NCBI GenBank assembly: GCA_002269645.1
Contig: NIVC01003390.1
Span: 4,228 to 68,227, forward strand
Direction of reading: 5' to 3'
DNA length: 64,000 bases
Source: Macrostomum lignano
Taxonomy: Eukaryota
Under the pieces are notes generated by a model. It made no database searches, had not been told where the DNA came from, and saw only the letters and a program-made list of their open reading frames with translations. Every line of letters begins with the position of its first letter. Positions within the stretch are counted from its first letter, which is position 1. Below, piece after piece: positions 24,001-35,900 of this stretch. Both the position numbers and the translations under genes were made by a program.

Positions 24001-26047
24001 CAGCCGGCCTCCCTGCTGATGAAGCTACTCAATGGGCCGAGCCAGCACTCATGCGCTGTCAGCCTCACATCCAACACGCTGCAGGTTCGCTGCTGAAGTT
24101 TTAGGGGCGGGACTGGCAGCGCACACAGAAATCTGGGGTTGGGGGCTGGCAGCGCACACAGAAATCTGGGGTTGGGAGGCTGGCAGCGCACACAGAAATC
24201 TGGGGTTGGGGGCTGGCAGCGCACACAGAAATCTGGGGTTGGGAGGCTGGCAGCGCACACAGAAATCTGGGGTTGGGAGGCTGGCAGCGCTCACAGAAAT
24301 CTGGGGTTGGGGGCTGGCAGCGCACACAGAAATCTGGGGTTGGGAGGCTGGCAGCGCACACAAATCTGGGGTTGGGGGCTGGAAGCGCACACAGAAATCT
24401 GGGGTTGGGAGGCTGGCAGCGCACACAAATCTGGGGTTGGGGGCTGGAAGCGCACACAGAAATCTGGGGTTGGGGGCTGGCAGCGCACACAGAAATCTGG
24501 GGTTGGGAGGCTGGCAGCTCACACAGAAATCTGGGGTTGGGAGGCTGGCAGCGCACACAGAAATCTGGGGTTGGGAGGCTGGCAGCGCACACAAATCTGG
24601 GGTTGGGAGGCTGGCAGCTCACACAGAAATCTGGGGTTAGGAGGCTGGCAGCGCACACAAATCTGGGGTTGGGGGCTGGCAGCGCACACAAATCTGGGGT
24701 TGGGGGCTGGCAGCGCACACAGAAATCTGGGGTTAGGAGGCTGGCAGCGCACACAAATCTGGGGTTGGGGGCTGGCAGCGCACACAAATCTGGGGTTGGG
24801 GGCTGGCAGCGCACACAAATCTGGGGTTGGGGGCTGGCAGCGCACACAAATCTGGGGTTGGGGGCTGGCAGCGCACACAGAAATCTGGGGTTAGGAGGCT
24901 GGCAGCGCACACAAATCTGGGGTTGGGGGCTGGCAGTGCACACAGAAATCTGGGGTTGGGGGCTGGCAGCGCACACAGAAATCTGGGGTTAGGAGGCTGG
25001 CAGCGCACACAAATCTGGGGTTGGGGGCTGGCAGCGCACACAGAAATCTGGGGTTGGGAGGCTGGCAGCGCACACAGAAATCTGGGGTTGGGGGCTGGCA
25101 GCGCACACAGAAATCTGGGGTTAGGAGGCTGGCAGCGCACACAAATCTGGGGTTGGGGGCTGGCAGCGCACACAGAAATCTGGGGTTGGGAGGCTGGCAG
25201 CGCACACAAATCTGGGGTTGGGGGGCTGGCAGCGCACACAGAAATCTGTGTGGGGGGCAGTCCCTAGTCTAGGTCGCGCATCCTGTACTGCTGGGCACAC
25301 AGCGCACAACTCCCATCTCCCAACCCCGATCCCACACAGGAGCTGCTGTGCGCCAAGGAGACGCAGGCTCGAATGGCCGAGCAGCAGCAGGTGAGCTCCA
25401 CCACGGCCACGCCGAGCACGCCGGGCAGAAAGCGCCAGCCGTCTTGGCCGGAGGAACTCGGCGGAGGCGGAGACGTGGACAGCAGCACGCAGCAGCTCGG
25501 CGGAGGCAAGCGAAAGCCACCAGGCGGCACGCAGCTGCTGGCGGCTCTGCTGAGCGATTCGGCGGCAGCGGCGGCAACGACTTCGGCGGCTTCGTCGGCT
25601 GCTGCGAATCGCGGACCGGCTGCACCCGCGGCCATTGCGGCTGGAGGCGGCGACAACGGTAACGGAGGGGAGGAGACCGGCGTGCTGGACAGCATCTTGA
25701 AGAGCATCGATGATTTAAAGCAGCAACAGCAGCAGCAGCAGCTGCTGCAGCAACAGCCGGCTGTGACCATTGCGCTGATTCAGCAGCCACCTCCGCCGCT
25801 GCCGCCACCAACTCCGCCGCAGCAGCCGCAGCCGGTGGACATTGCAGGCAGCGCCGAACTGCCCGAAGATGTAGTGCTGGACATCATTCTGGATATGGAG
25901 GAGCGGCACAGGCAGCCGGCGCCGGACTCCACCACGCCTGGCAGCGCAGGCAGCGGATCCGGCGGCGTCGGAGCCTCGCCGTCCGCCCCGGCCGCGCCGC
26001 CGTCAAACAGCGGAGGCGGCCTACTTGAAAAGCTGCTAAGCAGCTGA
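9025..26047 (+). CDS. NCOA: p160/SRC/NCOA (Taiman-like) nuclear receptor coactivator, PAS-A + PAS-B + LxxLL motifs, about 759 aa
   Basis: Phase-consistent GT-AG exons: 9025-9240, 9742-9916, 21476-21688, 21765-22014, 22878-22993, 23155-23293, 23622-24084, 25340-26047 (2,280 nt). PAS-A: LIGQMVLDTVEGFLLVVNESAIIDFASQNVAAYTDYTAEDLVHRPLYTILHNED. PAS-B end: GIYRCLVTAAGQMAFVKSRSYL..FTSTHCIIR, similar to NCOA VYRFSLADG..QTKSKL..VSTHFL. LxxLL motifs: LMKLL, LQ|ELL (spanning a splice junction), LAALL and C-terminal LEKLL. Confidence 0.85.
9237..9366 (+). repeat. 42-bp tandem triplication containing the intron-1 donor (GGAT|GTGAGT)
   Basis: Units start at 9237, 9279 and 9321, with a partial unit at 9363. 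Confidence 0.9.
9411..9680 (-). mobile_element. tRNA-derived CORE-like SINE, copy 2 (head slightly truncated), in NCOA intron 1
   Basis: Aligns end to end with 8116-8410 at high identity, with B-box GGTTCGATTCT on the minus strand. Confidence 0.8.
9930..11874 (+). repeat. 53-bp minisatellite, left block (about 36 units)
   Basis: Unit CTAGGCCCTACTAGTGCTCGAATCCCACAGCCTCATCTCCAGCTTCCAGTGTC; period confirmed (9983 to 10036). Confidence 0.97.
11875..20697. mobile_element. Giant palindromic (foldback) insertion, 8,823 bp, 6-bp TSD CTCATC, termini ACTACTAAGGG...CCCTTAGTAGT; probable non-autonomous Polinton/Maverick-like or novel DNA element
   Basis: Left arm 11875-16249 is the reverse complement of right arm 16325-20697, and ORF-track pairs mirror around 16286-16287. 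The spacer is 16250-16324. CTCATC occurs at 11869-11874 and 20698-20703, and the host minisatellite continues in the same orientation and phase on both sides. No transposase, integrase or polymerase ORF. The structure is certain; the family assignment is inference. Confidence 0.85.
20698..21490 (+). repeat. 53-bp minisatellite, right block (about 15 units); the last unit supplies the real 3' splice site of NCOA exon 3
   Basis: Same unit as 9930-11874. The final copy reads ..ccctactag|TGCTCGAATTCCAG into coding sequence. Confidence 0.95.
22070..22705. repeat. Compound minisatellite (GACACTATGGCAGACAAT(A/G)GGA-type, about 21-22 bp)
   Basis: Visible tandem array in NCOA intron 4. Confidence 0.9.
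23385..23585. repeat. (TAC)n microsatellite
   Basis: About 200 bp of imperfect TAC repeats in NCOA intron 6. Confidence 0.95.
24105..25250. repeat. 31-35-bp G-rich minisatellite (CTGGCAGCGCACACAGAAATCTGGGGTTGGGAGG)
   Basis: Tandem array in NCOA intron 7; it generates many spurious overlapping ORFs. Confidence 0.95.
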
Positions 26048-26333
26048 GATGCTGCAAAGCGTGGGGAAGGCGACTTACGCTCGATGTACAAGCTATTATT
26101 GCCATTGCTTGCGCTCGCTTCGTGATTCGATTTCGTGTTGATGTACTTTTAATATGCTTGGAATTAGCTTTGAAATGCCTTCCTTTCTTTATAGTTAGAA
26201 GCTGTAGCTATAGTTAGAAGTCAGTCGCTTAACACACTACTTTTTACTAAGTTGGTGATAGTAGTATGAAATATAGTGAAATATACAATTCATACACTAC
26301 TATCTCGATGAAAACGGTACCAAAGGCCAATAA

Positions 26334-26640
26334 GCGTTCCAGAGTCGTTGCAGGTAACACAGATAAGATAGGAAGTAAGTGGCTCTAGACGACTCAAACG
26401 ATGATGTTTCTCGGTACAAGTCGCTAAAAAGTGTTCAAAGAGATCAGCGTCACTTTATGAATTAAAAAACGCATTTTGCATTTATAGCAACAATATTTAG
26501 TTTACGCGAGTTAGTAGAAAGTTAAGCGCTAACAAAACTCTTGGACGACTTTTTCGGGACTCTGACGATTCTACAACTCACGTGATGCCCTCGTGACTCA
26601 ACAGTTGCCTCCATCGCATTACAGTCGTTTGAATCGTTAA
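26334..26640 (+). repeat. Dispersed ~300-bp repeat, copy A (MITE-like or unclassified)
   Basis: cagagtcgttgcaggtaacacag... and ...gtgactcaacagttgcctc match the reverse complement of 31070-31341. Confidence 0.7.
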
Positions 26641-27364
26641 AAAGTCAGAAGAGGCGCCAGCGTCGCTAGTAAGTTGTTTGCAACCACTAGCGATTCTTGT
26701 CACGGTAACGTTTTCAACGGGTGTACCGTTCTCATGGTAGGAGCAGCAGTGTCATGTATGTACATATTGTTTCATCTAATGTGCAGGTGCCAGATGTACA
26801 AATAAATAGTTTTCCCCGTAGAGTTCCCTGCTTTGTGCTTGATTACTTAGATTTGTGTTGTCTTTTATTTGCTGCTTTCAGTCGCGTGTAAAGTCCATAT
26901 CGTGTATTTATTGAATGAGCACAGGCAGTGAGCCATACCATATTGTTTGATTTCTCATCCCCATTGGCTGCTGCAACTCTGCGGTGTGCAAAGTTTTTTG
27001 TTATTTCACTGTTGTAGCAGGCTGTGAAATTGAGCTGCGCAAAGCGAATGGCTATTTTCTCTCATTATATTACTATTAGTAGCATGAGCATTATTTTGTA
27101 TATATTTTCATTATTGGTCTTTTTATTGTTTTATTAGAATATCTAATTTTGTATTAACATTTGCATTATTTTGCCTCATCAAATTTTATTAATTGTCAAC
27201 TAAGCCATATTATTTTGGCGTCTGTAAATACATTTTAGCTTTTCCTTTTTAGAGTGACATTTTCATTTTCATGCAGTTTCATTACGTTTTCTTTAGCCGT
27301 TGTTAGCGATAATTAAATGCCAGACCGACTTTCTGTATTGTGCTTATCTGGGGCGGCTGGTGTA

Positions 27365-27985
27365 AAAATTGCAGGGTGTGGGAGAGCTGGTGTGACAATT
27401 GCAGGGTGTGGGACAGCTGGTGTGACAATTTCAGGGTGTGGGACAGCTGGTGTGACAATGGAAGTGTGTGGGAGAGCTGGTGTGGGCTTGTGAGCTGGAG
27501 TGGGTGTGGGAGAGCTGGTGTGACAATTGCAGGGTGTGGGACAGCTGGTGTGACAATTGCAGGGTGTGGGACAGCTGGTGTGACAATTGCAGGGTGTGGG
27601 ACAGCTGGTGTGACAATTGCAGGGTGTGGGACAGCTGGTGTGACAATGGAAGGGTGTGGGAGAGCTGGTGTGACAATGGAAGGGTGTGGGACAGCTGGTG
27701 TGACAATGGAAGGGTGTGGGAGAGCTGGTGAGCTGGTGTGGGTGTGGGAGAGCTGGTGTGACAATTGCAGGGTGTGGGACAGCTGGTGTGACAATGGAAG
27801 GGTGTGGGAGAGCTGGTGTGACAATTGCAGGGTGTGGGAGAGCTGGTGTGACAATTGCAGGGTGTGGGACAGCTGGTGTGACAATGGAAGGGTGTGGGAC
27901 AGCTGGTGTGCCTATTGCAGAGTGTGGGACAGCTGGTGTGACAATGGAAGGATGTGGGACAGCTGGCGTGACAATGGAAGGATGT
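27365..27985. repeat. 30-bp minisatellite (GGGTGTGGGACAGCTGGTGTGACAATTGCA)
   Basis: Tandem array between the convergent NCOA and SEC16 3' ends. Confidence 0.95.
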
Positions 27986-28764
27986 GGATTGTCACTACAT
28001 ATTTGAACAAAAAACGAGGTCATTAAGTTCAATATCTCGGGCAAATGTTGGAGCGGAAACACAATCTGCAGTGACCGACTGCAACAGATTAGTGTCAGTA
28101 GTATAGTGTTACTATATTTGGCCAATTCACCTCTGCATGCAGAAATGCAACACAGACGGACAACGAATTGAAAATGAATATAATTAACGGCCATGAACCA
28201 GTGAAGCTAACCAAGAAGATTAGGGAATGAGAATCAAGAGCGCAACCTGGACCACACGAATACAAAACAGCTACATCACAAACAGATTTTTAAGCCAGCT
28301 AATTATATACATAGTATGAGCTATGGTGTACAGAAGCACACGGAAATCAAATTAAATAAACAAAAATTTAATTATATGTATATAATAATAGCTCTATGCA
28401 CCGAAATGAAAGGGACTTGGTGAGGAAAGACTCACACCAATTAGCAATCACTGACTGATTTGAAATTGATCCATGAAGAATATTTGTATCCGATCAAGAA
28501 CTCTAAGGAATAAGTGCAAGATAGTGGACACAAAAATACTAAAGCCAAGCAACAATCATTCTGGAAATCTTTAATTCTATTCGAAAAAACAACAAAAAAT
28601 TACTATGGCCTAAGCAGACGACAAGCAATGGCTTATAAAATACGATGCATGAGACATTGCAGGAGAGCTGAATCGAAATGATTCAACAATAAAGCACTGG
28701 GCTACATGTAGAGCGGTTTTCAGTTAGCAAATCATTGATTATCATGCTAGGCCAGAGGCGCCGG

Positions 28765-29893
28765 TCACTGAGGCACCGGCGCTGGGGAGAAAATACTTTT
28801 ACCAGCGGCGTAGTAATGCAGCGGCTGCGGAGGCGGCGGCGGACCGCCGGGGGCCGCAGTTGATGTCTGTTGCTGCCTCTGCGGCTGCGAAGTCTGCATG
28901 TACATCGGTGGCGGAGGCTGCTGCTGCGGCTGCGAAGCCTGCATGTACATCGGTGGCGGAGGCTGCTGCTGCGGCTCCTGCTGACTTGGCTCCGGCTGGC
29001 TGTCAGCACCGCTGCCGCCGCCGCCGCCAAACATCCTACCGAACATGCGAGAGAACATGCCTTGGCTGGCCTGCTGCTGCGGCGGCTGCTGTTGTTGAGG
29101 CGGCTGCAATTGCTGCTGCTGAGCAGCTTGATTCTGCTGCGACGACTGCATCTGAGACTGCGCCTGACTCTGCTGGGGAGGCGGCTGTGTCACTGGCTGG
29201 CCCACTTGATACGGACGAGGAGGCGGCTGGAATCGCTGCTGCTGCTGGTATTGCAGCGTCGTCGACTGCGGAGCCTGCTGCTGCGGCGGCTGAGACTGTG
29301 GGTATTGCTGCTGCTGCGGTGGCTCAGTCTGTGGGTACTGCTGCTGCTGCGGCGGCTGAGACTGTGCGTATTGCTGCTGCTGCGGTGGCTCAGTCTGTGG
29401 GTACTGCTGCTGCTGCGGCGGCTGAGTCTGTGGGTATTGTTGCTGTTGCGGTGGCTCAGTCTGTGGGTACTGCTGCTGCTGCGGTGGCTGGGGCTGTGGG
29501 TATTGCTGCTGCTGTGATGGCTGAGACTGTGGGTATTGCTGCTGCTGTGATGGCTCAGCCTGTGGGTATTGCTGCTGCTGCGGTGGCTCAGTCTGTGGGT
29601 ACTGCTGCTGCTGCTGCGGTGGCTGAGTGTGTGGGTATTGTTGCTGCTGCTGCTGCGGTGGCTCAGTCTGTGGGTACTGCTGCTGCTGCGGTGGCTGAGT
29701 CTGTGGGTACTGCTGCTGCTGCGGTGGCCGAGTCTGTGGGTATTGCTGCTGCTGCGGTGGCCGAGTCTGTGGGTGCTGCTGCTGGTGCGGTGGCCGAGTC
29801 TGTGGGTGTTGCTGCTGCTGCGGTGGCTGAGTCTGTGGGTATTGCTGCTGCTTCTGCTGCTGCTGCGGTGGCTGGGGCTGTGGGTATTGCTGC

Positions 29894-29926
<33 letters not shown>

Positions 29927-32900
29927 GGTGGCTGGGGCTGTGGGTATTGCTGCTGCTTCTGCTGCGGTGGCTGAGGCTGTGGGTATGGTGGGGTCTGCCG
30001 CTGTGCCTGCTGTTGGTATTGCAGATGGAGCTGCTGCGGCTGCTGAGTCTGCTCAGCCTGCTGAAGCTGCTCATAGTGCTCCGATGGCGGCTGAGCCTCT
30101 GGCTGTGGTGGAGGCGGCTGCGCCTGCGGTTGATAAGAAGCCCCTTGCGATTGCTGATACATCTGAGGCGGCTGCTGGTGATATTGGTGCTGCTGTTCGA
30201 ACTCCAGCGACTGCGGATGCTCCTCGTGAGCTGCTACCTCCTCAGGCTGGGACTGCGGCACGGGATAGCGCTGTTGGCCGAGCTGGTATTGGTTGTGCGA
30301 GTCAGACTGGCTTGGGTACTGGGAATAGGGCTGCTGCTGCTGCCGCTGCTGTTGCTGCTGCGGGTGGCTCATGCCTGAACTCAGGCTGGAATCCCGACTC
30401 CTCGCAGCTCCACGGCTCACAGGCGGAACCGGGTGCTGAGGCGGAGGCTGCGACTTCAGCAGCGGCGGCGGCTGAGGCGGTGGGGCAGGCGGAGGCTGCG
30501 GAGATGAAAACATTTTGAGTGGCGCCAAATTATCTGGGATTCGAGCGCGGCAATTCAGCCAAGGCTTGGTGGGGAGGGGAGGGTGCTAAAGCCACAGGAC
30601 TAAGAATATAGTGCAATACAGTACACGCGACTCACCGCATACGGTGGTCGCGCCACCGGCGACGAAGGCGGCGACGACGGTGCCGGCGATGTCTGGCGCG
30701 AATGAGCGCCGCTGCCGGCGCCCTGGACAGCCGACGATTCGCCGCCATGCGACGAGGCGCTGCTGGACAGGGCGCGCCGGCGCTGATAGTCGGGGATCTG
30801 CGAGGCCTGAGATGGGAAACCAGCGAGGTGGATTGTGTACATAAGATAATAATGCAGGAAGACTGCGGCCACCATGGCGCAAAGCCTTCGGCGACATCGG
30901 TCCCACAACCGGAGCGCTGAAGCAATTCTGCTCATTCCACAGACTCCCGAGCGCGCCAATACTGTACACAGGAGCGCACTCGTACACACGCTCACACAGG
31001 GTGTACAGGGGACTTTCTAATCGTCAGACATGTACACTCTCTGTGCCTTGGAGTTGGCTCGTTGAAAACGTCTCAAACAACCGTAATGCCAGGGAGAGGC
31101 ACGAGGCAACTGTTGAGTCACGAGCGCACCATGTGAGTTGCAGAGTCGTAATTCTACAGCGACTCCAGCACGCTTCAGATCAGACTTTACGGCCCCAGAG
31201 TCATATAACACCTCAAATTGACTCTTATGCGACTTTTTGACGACTTTTTAGCCACTGGTAACCTGGCATCTTGCCCATTGAGTCATCTAGAGTCACTTCT
31301 TTCCTATTTTGCCTGTGTTACCTGCAGCGACTCTGAAACGACTCTGGGAGAACGCAAGTGACTCTGATGCGAGTAACTATATGGGGTTTAAGCGGATTTA
31401 GGTCATACCGGCTCATCGAACGCGTCAAATGCCACATGAACCGAGGATGCAGACGCTGCAGCGGCAGGAGTCGCCGAGCTTTGCTGCTGCGTCCACGAGA
31501 CAGGAGGCTGCTGCTGCTGCTGCTGCTGCGGCAGAGGCGGCCGCCAGGATGCGGGATCATGATGCAGATTCCCAGTAGGCGGAGGCTGGAACGGCCGGTG
31601 CGGCAGAATCTGCTGCTGCTGTCGCCACCTGCGCCGCCCAGCAGCCAGTTCGGCCAGCTCAGCCAGCCAATCAGTGTCCAGGTGCTCGGACACTGCCGGA
31701 TGGCAGCGCAGCCGCTCGGCCAGTCGCAGAATCTCCCGCATCAGCGACTCAAAATGGGTGAAGGACTTGTTAATCTCTTCGGAGCCGTCCAGTTGCATCA
31801 GGCAGCGGCCGACGTTGCGGCAGTAGCGGAAGGCCTCCTCGCTCAGGCCGGCGTCCAGCAGCCGCACAGCGTACAGAAACTTGTAGGGCAGCAGGCGTGC
31901 CGACAAGCGGCGCTGGCAGACGCCGTCGAGCCGGCGACGTCGATCGCGGAGGCCGACAGCGAACTCGAAGACCTCGGTGAGCTGCACGGCCTCGTTGGGA
32001 ACGGCCGCCGCAACAGACGAAGCCGAGCCGGCAGAGGCTGCGACGGAGGCAGCGGCGGAGTCGAAGCCGATCAGCTCGATGGGCCCGCCTGGCCGGAACG
32101 GGTCCAGCGACTTGGCATCGAAGCTGTCCCCGTCGACGTCTGTAGCGTCGTCAAGGGCAACGCAGCCGCCGGCAAGGAGGTGGCACAGCTGGGAGGCGTA
32201 GAGGCGCCCGGCGGCCAGCAGGCGGTCGCCGAGGCGGGCGACGGCGGCGGCGGCCAGGCGGGGTCGGTCAGCCCGGTTAGCCAGCAGCATGGCCAGGAAG
32301 GGCCGCCACTGCCGCAGGTCCGCCAGCTCCGGCTCCCGGCCCTGGGCGCGTCACGGGGTAATAATATCATTTTATTCCCCTTCCCCATCCTCTTTTATCC
32401 CACTGCTGAGTCCACCCCGCTAAGCCCCACTCTCAACAAACAACAACAACAACAAAATACGCGACCCCGCATGCACAGTCGCAGTTAGAGCAGGGCGCGT
32501 CAGATGGCGCGCCGCAGAGCCTGGGAGCGAACAAAGTCCGCTCCGTTGGCAGTGTGGGGCGCCCCAGCGTCGCACAGCAGGCAGTCCACGTATCGACGGG
32601 TTCGGGCCTGACCCCGCCTGAACGGACCCTGCAAGGTGAGCAGCAGGACGCCCTGAACAGGTTGGGGGCAGTAGCCCTCAGCCCGGATCACGTGACCCGC
32701 CAGTTGAGGTCGCCGCCGGCGCAGAATGATGGACGGGCGTTGCAGCTTGGCCCGGAGTGCGCCGAGTCCAGCTGCCGCTCTAGCGTAGCCGTCAGCGTCC
32801 GCGTCTCGGCGTTGTAGAGCAGGACGGTTTCGACCACCGCCTGCCACAGCCGAGCCCTCTGGCGGTCGGGCAGCGCTTCGGACTGGAGGACGGCTCGGAT

Positions 32901-35900
32901 CGAACGAAAGGCCGCCCAGGCAAGTCCTCTGCGCCGCCGGAGGTCCTCTTCCACGTGGGGCACCAGACCGCCAAGGTAGGTGAACCGCTGGCAGCGTGCG
33001 AGCCTGGTCGTCTGCCCGTCTGCGCCGCGGCACGTCAGGTCCGCTGGGATGTCGGCCGGCACAATCAGCACCTCGGTCTTCAGCGTGTTGACGATCAAAC
33101 CGACGCTCGATGCCCACCTCGACCAGCCTGTCGATCTGGCCGTGAAGACTCTCCCACTCTCCCATCCCCGCTAAGCCCCACTCCCACCTAAGCAACAAAA
33201 TCGATCCCACTGACCTGCATGAAGTGGTACAGCGCCACCAGAGGGTCCCCGGGCTGCATGGCTCTGGCAGCGAATCTCTCCAGCATCCGAGCGTGCAGCC
33301 CCGCGTCCATCTGGTGAGCCAGAAACAGAGCCTGGCCCCACAGGCCGCGCCTACTAGCGTACTCCAGCGCCTCGCGCTTCCGGCCGTACATCAGCAACTT
33401 CCGGAATCTGTCTAGCCGCTTCTCGGCCTCAGACTCGGCGTCATCGCGCTGACGGCTGGCTTGGGACAGAGCGGCAGCGGCCGCAGAGGCCAGCTCTGAC
33501 TGCTGCTGCTGGGCGGAGTTCGGACTGGCGCGGCCGCTCGCCGGCTCGCTTGGTGGCAGCGACGCGAAGGCGTCCATGGCAACGTCGGCGGTGGAGGCGT
33601 CGAGGCCGGAGGCAGCATTGTAGCTGCGGTAGTGCGCGGTGCGCAGCTCGTGGCCCTCGAGCAGCAGGTCGGACAGGTCGCTGCCCATTGCGATCTGCGG
33701 TTGGGGGGTTGGAATGCCACTGACAATTTTTGCCCTGACTCTGACTCTATCAGTTGGGGATTTCAGTGGCCTGGGGCCCGAAAATCCATAATCCCATAGT
33801 GAAATAAAGAAGTCTGGACGCTCACAAGTCGAGGACTTGAGTAGCTAGCCCTATAAGTAGCTAGCCCTATGAGTAGCTAGCCCTATGAGTAGCTAGCCCT
33901 ATGAGTAGCTAGCCCTACAGCCCCCCCCCATTCGAACACAGATTGGAGACTTGTGAGAATTAGTGAATTTTTGTAGTCTCAAAATATTCGAACTCAGGAC
34001 CTTCTGACTCTAAAATTCAGGATTTTAGCAAGGTGCCATTGCCTAGTAATCAAGCGCGGCGCTCTGATGTGCCAGCAGCCCAGGCTCGATTCCAAGTGCA
34101 GTCACATTAATCCGGAGCTAAATTGAAATCTCGGCTTGGCTCTGCTCGTGCAATTAGCGGCCTAGAGGGCGAACCCCCAGGGCACAGTGAAGTGTACATG
34201 CCTAACGATAAATAAAGTTGGGCCGCTGTACACTCCTGTGTGAGTGTGTGCCTCTGCGCATGACTGCGTACGTATCCGCGCGCTTGTGTTGTGCGACAAT
34301 GTCGCTTAAAGTACGCCAGGGTGCACATAGCCCCCAGCCTCTAATAAAAAGGGGATTTTAACAGTTTTAGGATTCGAGCACAGGACCTTATAGGGGATTT
34401 CGGGGACACAGGTCTATCCAGGTCCTAAAAATCAGAGAGTACCTGGTATTTCTGCAAGACACCCAGCCAGCTGCCGCACTCACGCCATTATTCCTAACAA
34501 GGAAGTCCAGGAAGCCGATCAGCAGGGCGGCGTCCTCCCAGTCGGTGTCGGCCAGCCGCTCGTGCATCTCCACCAGCTTGGCGTTCAGGAAGGCCCGAAC
34601 TTCACTTTTCAGTGCCTCGCCGGGCACCAGCGGTCCGGGATAAGCGGAGAAGTCCACCCGGTCCCAGTCGGCCGCTAGACAGGCGCTGTCAAACAGGTGC
34701 ACCCTGGCCGGCTCGCCCTCGTCCGGCCGGGCCGGTGGCACCTGGACGGCCAGGCCAGGACAGGAGAGCGACAGGCGGGCGTGCGGCAAGCTGAACTTCA
34801 GCGGCGTGCAGCGGCCGGCAGGCTCCGCCTCTGACGAGGTGTCGCCCTGGCATTGAATGTGATAGATATTATTCTCTGTTGACTATCAAGCAAGTCTTTG
34901 AGAGTCTTTGATTAAAATCACAGCAGGGTGAACTGCAGCTCAGAGCTGCTGCCCAATCACAGCAGAGCGAACTGCAGCTCAGAGCTGCTGCCCAATCACA
35001 GCAGGGTGAACTGCAGCTCAGAGCTGCTGCCCAATCACAGCAGGGTGAACTGCAGCTCAGAGCTGCTGCCCAATCACAGCAGGGTGAACTGCAGCTCAGA
35101 GCTGCTGCCCAATCACAGCAGGGTGAACTGCAGCTCAGAGCTGCTGCCCAATCACAGCAGAGCGAACTGCAGCTCAGAGCTGCTGCCCAATCACAGCAGG
35201 GTGAACTGCAGCTCAGAGCTGCTGCCCAATCACAGCAGAGTGAACTGCAGCTCAGAGCTGCTGCCCAATCACAGCAGGGTGAACTGCAGCTCAGAGCTGC
35301 TGCCCAATCACAGCAGAGTGAACTGCAGCTCAGAGCTGCTGCCCAATCACAGCAGGGTGAACTGCAGCTCAGAGCTGCTGCCCAATCACAGCAGAGTGAA
35401 CTGCAGTTGACGCAAACAGCCAATTTCAGCTGCGTACTAACCGCGGGAAAGTTTGCTTAACTTGCAGAGCTGGCCCACGGGTAAGCAATTAAATAGTAAT
35501 ATATCTATCTATCAGATTTAGGTTACAGAATTGAAATACGAGAAGTCAGAGTCGCTGTAACACCCTGCTTGAGAGGCGCAGCGCCAGTCACAGCCCCATC
35601 GCACTCACCCAGGCAGTGAAGACTCCGAGCTGGGCAAAGTACTGCCTGTACTCCTGCTTCTGCTGCCTATAATAGTCGGCCTGCTGCGGGTTGGCCAGAA
35701 TGCAACTGTCAAAATAGTCGTCATACTGCTTTGCCAAGCTGCTGGCGGCGCTGTGGTGTTGCTGCAGCTGCTGCTGTTGTTGCTGCTGCTGCTGTTGCTG
35801 CTGCTGTTGTTGCTGCTGCTGTTGTTGCTGCAGCTGTTGTTGCTGCAGCTGTTGCTGCTGTTGCTGATGAAGCGGCTGGAAGCTGGACGCGTTAGTACCT

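Noticed and set aside
24032-25309. Many overlapping 100-290-aa ORFs; likewise those at 27303-28194, 34869-35423, 42027-43145 and 43343-43902
   Set aside because: All are read-throughs of tandem repeats.
28860-30518. 552-aa Ala-rich ORF on the + strand (and 376-aa ORF at 31358-32488, 238-aa ORF at 39973-40689)
   Set aside because: Antisense shadows of GC-rich, CAG-rich coding exons of SEC16 and the transporter.
35467-35488. Apparent + strand micro-exon (ttgcag|AGCTGGCCCACGG|gtaagc) inside SEC16 intron 1
   Set aside because: No partner exons or + strand gene found; likely chance.
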